Source: Candidatus Thorarchaeota archaeon (GTDB taxonomy: Archaea; Asgardarchaeota; Thorarchaeia; Thorarchaeales; Thorarchaeaceae). Taken from it: a DNA stretch of 13,177 nucleotides. Every line of letters starts with the position of its first letter. The first letter of the stretch is position 1. Under the pieces are notes generated by a model. That model was not told where the DNA came from, did not search any database, and was given only the letters and a program-made list of their open reading frames with translations. Both the position numbers and the translations under genes were made by a program. Location of the stretch: NCBI GenBank assembly GCA_011364905.1, contig RDNZ01000059.1, forward strand, positions 1 through 13,177. Direction: 5' to 3'. Below, piece after piece: positions 7,008-13,177 of the stretch.

Positions 7008-8870
7008 GTGGAGGAGAACACGATTTTCACTTGCAAGAAATGTAAGGAACCTTTCTACGTTCAGGCTGGCGAGCTACGAGGTCAGACTCTCAGAGTGTAT
7101 TGTCAATGCCTTAATGGTCACAAGGGGAAGAGGGATATTTCAAGATACCAAGCTGACAGTATGGCCAATGAGGTATTTGAGGGAATATTCACATGTATCG
7201 AATGCGGGTCTACCATGACTCTGATGAACACTGATGTTGGTCGTCGTAAAGCTGAGTATACTTTCATCTGTCCCATACATAGTATTCAGAGGCGAGAGAT
7301 ACCTGAATTCTATCATAGCGCTGTTGCGGGCCTTCAAGGTAGTTTGAATAGTTCCAAATCTATTCTTGATTCCTTGAGTTGTCCCAAGTGCGGCAACGTT
7401 TTTGCTGTTTCAGAAGTCGCAGAAAAAAAGGGTATTCTTGAGGTCAAAACGCGATGTCCCAATGGACACAAAGAGATGAGGTACATCCCGAAGGTTGCTG
7501 ATGAGTCCGTATTAAAGACAGTTGTAAAACGTTTCATTCACTGTGATGAATGTGGATTACCTTGTCAGGTGCTAGGAACTCAACCCAAAGGAAACAACGC
7601 ACAAGTAGAAATTAATTGTCCAGCTCATGGAAAAACGAAGAAGCAGCTTCCTGCTGAGTATACATGGATGATTGAATCAATAGTGGAAGCGATGTCTGAG
7701 GGAAGCATTGTAAGGTCCATGTTGAACTGCCGTGACTGTGGAGAGTCTTTATCGATAAAGTCTGTTGAACTCGATAAAATGAAGTATAAGATCAAAGCTG
7801 CTTGTTCGAATGGCCACAATACTGAGCTCTCACAGCCTTCTGATCTTGATGAGGAAGCCATTGACGCCATTATTGGTGGAATACTAAAATGCAATGATTG
7901 TAGTTCTGTTACTGACATTGCTGAAACCAAAATTAACGGCAATGATGTGGAAGTAAAGCTTGTATGTCCCATTCATGGTGACATGAAGAAGAATGTAAGC
8001 ATGGGGATCTTCAAGCATCTCGAGGAACGTAACAAGCATATCGATAGAATTCCTTCCACTGAAGAAAGCCTCAAGTGTGAGAAATGCAAAACTCAGCTAT
8101 CCATACGAGAGGCAAAAGTTCGCGATGACATTATAGAACTGAAGATGGAATGCCGCAATGGGCATGGGAGTACAAGATACCTCTCTGTTGGGGCCAATGA
8201 ATCTGTCGTTGAGCGCTTCTATAAACAGCTCTACGAGTGCCATAAATGCCACGGTCCATTGAGCCTATCCTTCATTGAAGATAAAGGTGACAAGTCAGAG
8301 GCTGTGTTGGACTGTGTAAACCACGGTGAGAGTAGGGTGGAGATTCCTGCCGCACACGCAGCAATCGCACGAGACGCATACCTATCAACCAAATCCATGA
8401 CGGACCTTGAAAAAATCTTGGAGACTCGTTTGCAGACAGAGAGAGCCGCAGAATATCAGATCGAACCAGATGCGGACATCCAAGAGATGATGGATATAGT
8501 CAACGATGTCATTGAACAGCAGAGTGTCATGTTCATCGGTGAAAAGAGCGGCACTAAGAATGGCGAAGAATCATGGTATTATGGGAAAGCTCGTGCCGGG
8601 ACTGAATACATCGTGATTGGTTCGGTATCGAAAGACAACTTGACAATGCGGATCTCAGTCGCAAGTGATGACGAGAGTAAACTCAACTTGCTATTATCAG
8701 AAATGCGCGATAGACTCAGAGAAGTGCTTCTGAAGCTTCAGGCGAAGACTGGTGACACGGCACCCCAAAAGATTGAGTGCGCAAACTGTGGTGCTGCACT
8801 TGCCAAACGAGCTCTTCCTGGTGAAACTGTGATCTGCGAACACTGTGGAACACCATTGCATTGGGGTTAG
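7008..8870 (+). CDS. Multi-zinc-ribbon repeat protein B (paralogue of A): 8 C3H modules, platform-like alpha/beta domain, terminal C4 zinc ribbon
   Basis: Modules begin at C9, C63, C125, C179, C241, C295, C357 and C411 (alternating 54/62 spacing). Terminal CANC-x15-CEHC. Collinear with protein A over about 450 aa but lacks its linker and Ig-like segment. Confidence 0.82.
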   Translation: MEENTIFTCKKCKEPFYVQAGELRGQTLRVYCQCLNGHKGKRDISRYQADSMANEVFEGIFTCIECGSTMTLMNTDVGRRKAEYTFICPIHSIQRREIPEFYHSAVAGLQGSLNSSKSILDSLSCPKCGNVFAVSEVAEKKGILEVKTRCPNGHKEMRYIPKVADESVLKTVVKRFIHCDECGLPCQVLGTQPKGNNAQVEINCPAHGKTKKQLPAEYTWMIESIVEAMSEGSIVRSMLNCRDCGESLSIKSVELDKMKYKIKAACSNGHNTELSQPSDLDEEAIDAIIGGILKCNDCSSVTDIAETKINGNDVEVKLVCPIHGDMKKNVSMGIFKHLEERNKHIDRIPSTEESLKCEKCKTQLSIREAKVRDDIIELKMECRNGHGSTRYLSVGANESVVERFYKQLYECHKCHGPLSLSFIEDKGDKSEAVLDCVNHGESRVEIPAAHAAIARDAYLSTKSMTDLEKILETRLQTERAAEYQIEPDADIQEMMDIVNDVIEQQSVMFIGEKSGTKNGEESWYYGKARAGTEYIVIGSVSKDNLTMRISVASDDESKLNLLLSEMRDRLREVLLKLQAKTGDTAPQKIECANCGAALAKRALPGETVICEHCGTPLHWG

Positions 8871-8882
8871 TTACTAGCCACT

Positions 8883-9449
8883 CTAGGTTTCACCACTCCA
8901 CTGAGGAGCCGAATCCCTGATAATATCCAAGTGAAACATTACTCTCTCAACAATAGAGTCTACCAGCTCTTCGATGGACTTTGGCTTCACCCAAAAAGCT
9001 GGACTTGCTGGGATTACAATAGCCCCAGCTTCTGTTACAGTAGCCATATTCTTGATTTGAATAAGGTTGAGTGGTGATTCTCTTGGTACAAGGATTAGCT
9101 TTCGTCTTTCCTTTAAACTACAATCAGCTGCCCTTGCAATGAGATTGTCCGCGTACCCGTGTGCAATTCCCGCAAGGGTTTTCATGGAACATGGAATGAC
9201 CACCATCGCATCAATTGGAAAGGTTCCACTCGCTGGACCAGATGTAAGGTCATAGTCATCATAGACATAGTCGGCTTCTTTGCTGAGGATATCCACGTCA
9301 ATGCCTGTTTCATACTTCAGTGTTTCTTCTCCCCATTTGCTTACAATTAGATGCACTTCGTGCCCATTCGATTTCAGGGCTCGCAGGAGTCGGACTCCAT
9401 AGATGGCACCGCTAGCACCTGTTAGACAGACAAGGACTCGTTTCTTCAT
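8883..9449 (-). CDS. ubiX: Flavin prenyltransferase UbiX
   Basis: Likely ATG 9449 (MKKRVLVCLTGASGAIYG), 188 aa. Motifs ASGTF, PCSMKTLAGIAHGYADNLIARAADCSLKERRKLILVPRESP and PASPAFW. Confidence 0.93.
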   Translation of the reverse strand: MKKRVLVCLTGASGAIYGVRLLRALKSNGHEVHLIVSKWGEETLKYETGIDVDILSKEADYVYDDYDLTSGPASGTFPIDAMVVIPCSMKTLAGIAHGYADNLIARAADCSLKERRKLILVPRESPLNLIQIKNMATVTEAGAIVIPASPAFWVKPKSIEELVDSIVERVMFHLDIIRDSAPQWSGET

Positions 9450-9522
9450 GGTATACTTACGCACCAACAGAGTCTCTGAATCGTAACTCATGCATATACT
9501 TCTATCGAAATAGTAGAATAGA

Positions 9523-11349
9523 CTAGAAAAGGAATGCTAGAAGGATGTAAAGAAGGATTGATCCGCCTCCCGCCCATATCCCGACTCGTTTTGCTATTCC
9601 TGCAGCCTCAGCTACATCCTGGGTGAGAGTATCAAATCCTTTCTCTCCATAGGTCCTGAGATTGCTAGCTTTTCCGAATCCTAAACCAACTCTTAAGGGC
9701 TGAACATTTTCCCTAGCCTTTACTGAGGCAGCTACAATGTGTTCCAGAGTTTCATTTCCTTTATTTCGACCTACTGGTGGATACCCCCGACTTGAGAGGG
9801 ATAATGCGTTCACAACATGAGTGTCTGTGGTTATGAGTTCAGCATCGTCGAAACCTTCTGCCTTTAGTAGACTTTGGGCCTGTTCTCTAAATCCAGGTTC
9901 CATGTTGTTTCCATCAATTGAAACAAGAACCATCTCTCTCTCCCCAAGATTGAGGACAACTGCAATGATTCCGCTTGGACCAATTCCTTCTGATCTACTG
10001 ATATCATTTGGACAGACTTGATGAATTCCGAATGCCAATTTGGTCTTCTCATTGTTTATTGTAGAGAAGACAGCTTCAGAAACAGTCCCGACAAATTCTC
10101 CTGCCTCAGGATCTCCTGGATTCACTGAAATAGCAGAATCATTAATGCAGTTGTGTGCATCAACGACAGCAACGCCTCGAATTTGGGGCAACCTATCCCG
10201 TATCATTCTTGCAGCATCGTATCCAACATCCAGGGAAACATCATCAGTAAAATCAGGAGCACTCGTGCTTATGGTCAGTACATCACTCCCAACAAACAAG
10301 CTCCATACCTTAAACTTACCACCATCTGACCAATGAGGTCCCGAAATCAACTCATGAACCTCGGTTTCGTTGATGAGTCTATCAATCTCTGCTAAAACAA
10401 TTGGATAATCATCCTTGGTGGTCAAGTTCTGTTGATGTGTGCAACTTCCGTGCATGACGAATGCTGGTATTCCATGTTTTTGCTTAATATGCTTAATAAT
10501 AACCGACGGGAGGTCGCTGCTTCCAATGTCCCTGAAAGGTCCAGGATGGATATACTGAATGACACCGCATGCTACGGGTCCTTCATCATCCTTGAAAAGA
10601 ATAATCTCAACAGGGATTTCTTGTAACGTAGCAATCTTTGTGAGTATTTTATCGAATGGTTCTGGATTATTAGCCAGGTAGTCATGGCCAAATGCTCTCA
10701 ACAATTGTGGTCCATTTATGCCCAGATCTCTTTCAAAAGGCAAACTGACTGCCCTGTAAATGTAATAGACTACCAAAGAAGCTACTACCATTGAAATGCC
10801 TAGAGGGACATACCAGAACATCGGTAAATTGGGAAGGAGAGGATTTGTTGGTGCAAGTAGGAGCTCTACAACTATCCAAAGCATTGCAGGCATCATCGCG
10901 GCAACAATGTTCCTCGAAAGATGGTGGTCACTGAGTCCATTAACAAAGAATGCAAATGCCATGAACGCCATTGAAACTCCTAGAATGGAGAATCTGATTT
11001 CATATACTTGGGTTACAGCTACTGCGTCAATTATCCCTCCGATGATACTAAGCGCAATCCAAAATACTAGACCGAAAAGGACCAATCCCGCTGTTCTTCT
11101 AGCATCAAGAGGTGAATTCTCTTCAGTGGCGATAAGGTAGAGAAAACTTGATCCAACGAAAACTGGAACGCCTAGGATGAAGAGATATCCAAGAAAAACA
11201 TCTGTGCGTAATCCCTTGATTATAGTTGGAACTAGCGAACCAATGAGAACTAGAAGGAGCATTTCCAAGACTATCTGACGATGGGATGGAAGCTGCCAGA
11301 CTTTGGAATACAAACGAACTGTTTCCTTGACCTTTGCCTTCTCTCCCAA
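9523..11349 (-). CDS. DUF2070-family archaeal membrane protein
   Basis: About 6 N-terminal TM helices, then a soluble domain with HPGPFRDIGSSDLP, HGSCTH, VDAHN, IDGNNM and TTDTHVVN motifs recognised as typical of DUF2070, then one C-terminal TM. TTG start with GAGTGA upstream. Confidence 0.82.
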   Translation of the reverse strand: MGEKAKVKETVRLYSKVWQLPSHRQIVLEMLLLVLIGSLVPTIIKGLRTDVFLGYLFILGVPVFVGSSFLYLIATEENSPLDARRTAGLVLFGLVFWIALSIIGGIIDAVAVTQVYEIRFSILGVSMAFMAFAFFVNGLSDHHLSRNIVAAMMPAMLWIVVELLLAPTNPLLPNLPMFWYVPLGISMVVASLVVYYIYRAVSLPFERDLGINGPQLLRAFGHDYLANNPEPFDKILTKIATLQEIPVEIILFKDDEGPVACGVIQYIHPGPFRDIGSSDLPSVIIKHIKQKHGIPAFVMHGSCTHQQNLTTKDDYPIVLAEIDRLINETEVHELISGPHWSDGGKFKVWSLFVGSDVLTISTSAPDFTDDVSLDVGYDAARMIRDRLPQIRGVAVVDAHNCINDSAISVNPGDPEAGEFVGTVSEAVFSTINNEKTKLAFGIHQVCPNDISRSEGIGPSGIIAVVLNLGEREMVLVSIDGNNMEPGFREQAQSLLKAEGFDDAELITTDTHVVNALSLSSRGYPPVGRNKGNETLEHIVAASVKARENVQPLRVGLGFGKASNLRTYGEKGFDTLTQDVAEAAGIAKRVGIWAGGGSILLYILLAFLF

Positions 11350-11433
11350 GATTACATCACTCGCCAGTTCGCTACAACGACAGTGGAGGTCTTATCAAAC
11401 TTCCCCCACGGTCTGAGTGTACCTACCAAAGCG

Positions 11434-11485
11434 TTTATATCGCATTCGATATCGAAAATATCGCATTCGATAATCGTATCCGATA
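11434..11485. promoter_or_regulatory. Triple ATCG-N4-CGAT palindrome array overlapping a TATA box; probable PadR operator
   Basis: Exact 15-bp direct repeat ATATCGCATTCGATA at 11437-11451 and 11458-11472. Third variant ATCGTATCCGATA at 11473-11485. TTTATA at 11434-11439. Confidence 0.75.
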
Positions 11486-11502
11486 ATTGAGTAGTGATTA
11501 AT

Positions 11503-12042
11503 ATGGATGATGAAGCTCCAAATAAAGAATGTGAACACCTCGAGTTACCACAATCTGTACCTAGGGGGCTTCTTCGACATATTATTCCTCGTCTCTTGCG
11601 GTCTAATGATATGACCGGGACTGAGATTATGCAGCGTCTTCGAGACCTCACCGACGGTGCATGGAACCCTAGCCCAGGAACAATCTATCCTCTACTTTCA
11701 TACCTGGAGGAAGATGAGATAATTGAAACTGTGTCTATTGAAGGCAGAAGCAAGACGTACCGCCTTACAGAAAAAGGTAAGAAACGATTGGACCTAGTGC
11801 TGGACCACAGAAAAGGCATGGTTGGAGAAAAGACGCGACTTGGACCAAGGCTTTGGGAAAGACTGTTAGATCCAACTGAGCGGGTTCATTTTCATATGCA
11901 TGGCATGCAACACTCAATTGAATCGTTCGATTCGATCTCTGACTCTCTAACCAAGAAACAGCAGAAACAGCTACTCAACTTTTTGGAAGATTTGTCTACA
12001 AAGATTGCATTACTCATTGACAAACTAAAAACCGGAGCCTGA
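11503..12042 (+). CDS. PadR-family winged-helix transcriptional regulator
   Basis: PRGLLRHIIPRLL...MTGTEIMQRLRDLTDGAWNPSPGTIYPLLSYLEEDEII...KTYRLTEKG is the PadR signature. Start is ATG 11503 (or GTG 11494). Confidence 0.92.
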   Translation: MDDEAPNKECEHLELPQSVPRGLLRHIIPRLLRSNDMTGTEIMQRLRDLTDGAWNPSPGTIYPLLSYLEEDEIIETVSIEGRSKTYRLTEKGKKRLDLVLDHRKGMVGEKTRLGPRLWERLLDPTERVHFHMHGMQHSIESFDSISDSLTKKQQKQLLNFLEDLSTKIALLIDKLKTGA

Positions 12043-12045
12043 AAA

Positions 12046-13177
12046 ATGTCTAGAAACAATGGCGGTGCAACTATTCGAAAAACACCTTGGAGATACATGC
12101 TCAGTGGAATGACTAGAAACAAAGTAGTTGCGACTACTGGTCTGTTACTCTCAATGATATCCAGCTTGCTCACAGTATTCCCCTCTGTTTTCATTGGAGA
12201 TGCAGTCACTGAAATTCAAACATCGGCTACAATAACTCCCAAATTCATGACCTTCGTTTGGCTCATTGTAATATTCGCTCTGATTTACATGGGTCTCTTT
12301 TTGGTGGGAGGGTATGTCTGGGCGGTCCTCACTCTACGATGGGAACGTGATGCACGTCAGGACTTCTTTGAAGCACTCCAAGTGAATAGTATGACTTTTC
12401 ATGATGAGTATGATAGCAAACGACTTCTTGCTGTTGCTATGCAGGACATTTTTTGGGTCCGTTTCTCCCTAAATCCGGCAATGAGGAACATTGCTACAGG
12501 TATAGCATCCTTCTTTATAACCACCGTCTTCTTGATACAGATAGATTTCATTCCGGGTCTTAGCACACTGTTCACGCTTTCATTTGGCGGCATTACTGTT
12601 CCTGTCTATGGATTTACACTTATCATGCTTGTCGGGGCTCCTATCTATTTTGCATTTTCATATCGTTATGCTAATTCGATTGAACCAGTGAGAAGAGCCC
12701 GAGCTGAAAACCTTGAAGACCTGACAGCGATTACACAAGGTGTTTTCGAAGGAATAGAGGTCGTAAGGGCCTTCGATTCGGAGGACCTTGAGGTTCAGAA
12801 ATTCCATGATGTGAGCAAGACTCAGGAATCACTCGTAGCAAAGGAGGGGAAGCTCTCAGCTTTCTACCTGCCTGCTCTTATCTTGGCTGGAATGACAACT
12901 CTCGCATTTGCCTATGCTGGCTATGCTGTTATCAATGGTATTCTAAACGTTGGCCAGATGATTACAATCCTTACACTCCTTACTTCACTTCAAATGCTTA
13001 ATTTCCAATTTCCAGCAATGCTCCTAATGTTGCGAGGTGGATATGTCAATGCTCAGCGTATTGTGAATCTTCTGAATTGGCGAGACCCAATGTCTGAACC
13101 TGAAAAGGAGATCACAGATGTTGATTGGACTGGTGATGTCGTCTTTGATAATGTTAGCTTCAGATACGGTCAAGAAG
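12046..13177 (+). CDS. ABC exporter, fused TMD plus NBD (MsbA/MdlB-like half transporter); truncated at start of NBD
   Basis: Absent from the ORF track because it runs off the edge. ATG 12046, 3 nt after the padR stop. My translation: ...ERDARQDFFEALQVNSMTFHD...EGIEVVRAFDSEDLEVQKF...NAQRIVNLL...GDVVFDNVSFRYG. These are type IV exporter TMD landmarks plus the first NBD strands. Confidence 0.9.
   Translation, partial: MSRNNGGATIRKTPWRYMLSGMTRNKVVATTGLLLSMISSLLTVFPSVFIGDAVTEIQTSATITPKFMTFVWLIVIFALIYMGLFLVGGYVWAVLTLRWERDARQDFFEALQVNSMTFHDEYDSKRLLAVAMQDIFWVRFSLNPAMRNIATGIASFFITTVFLIQIDFIPGLSTLFTLSFGGITVPVYGFTLIMLVGAPIYFAFSYRYANSIEPVRRARAENLEDLTAITQGVFEGIEVVRAFDSEDLEVQKFHDVSKTQESLVAKEGKLSAFYLPALILAGMTTLAFAYAGYAVINGILNVGQMITILTLLTSLQMLNFQFPAMLLMLRGGYVNAQRIVNLLNWRDPMSEPEKEITDVDWTGDVVFDNVSFRYGQE

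Noticed and set aside
8238-8252. CHKCH resembles a c-type heme-binding CxxCH motif
   Set aside because: Single occurrence, exactly in register as the CxxC of module 8. The paralogue has CPECY there, and the protein has no export signal.
4605-8870. Polyferredoxin or multiheme interpretation of the Cys-rich proteins
   Set aside because: No CxxCxxCxxxC motifs and no repeated CxxCH. Ligands come as CxxC plus a distant C/H pair.
11437-11485. Direct repeats as a mini-CRISPR or mobile-element end
   Set aside because: Repeats are 15 bp with 0-6 bp spacers, and no cas or transposase genes are present. An operator explains them better.
11281-11651. ORFs 11281..11490 (+) and 11352..11651 (-) with an IIECDIFDIECDI repeat
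   Set aside because: They cross the divergent promoter and overlap real genes. The peptide repeat is just the translated operator repeat.
5556-12593. Remaining short ORFs in the track nested in or antisense to long genes
   Set aside because: No recognisable motifs; they overlap well-supported CDSs.

Overview
Gene-dense archaeal window. The gene content (DUF2070, membrane-anchored M28 proteins with DxDxDG repeats, appendage-like domains) and GGTGA/GAGGA-type SD sites suggest an Asgard archaeon, possibly Thorarchaeota; this is inference. Left to right: (i) two tandem minus-strand M28 peptidase paralogues, one with an intact active site (cut by the window edge) and one with degenerate catalytic residues, six DxDxDG repeats and a C-terminal TM anchor; (ii) a divergent four-gene plus-strand cluster: a SAMHD1-like HD protein that has lost essentially every catalytic residue but kept allosteric-site residues, a small 4-TM protein with a Lys-rich/poly-Glu tail, and two tandem paralogous Cys/His-rich proteins; (iii) ubiX and a DUF2070 membrane protein on the minus strand; (iv) a PadR regulator with a triple palindromic operator candidate, followed by a fused ABC exporter (truncated). 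The two Cys/His-rich proteins are the most striking element. Each has eight C-x2-C-x21-C-x2/3-H modules in a 116-aa period, then a coatomer/adaptin appendage-like region and a terminal C4 zinc ribbon. All family calls and reference residue numbers come from motif recognition and memory; no searches were run.
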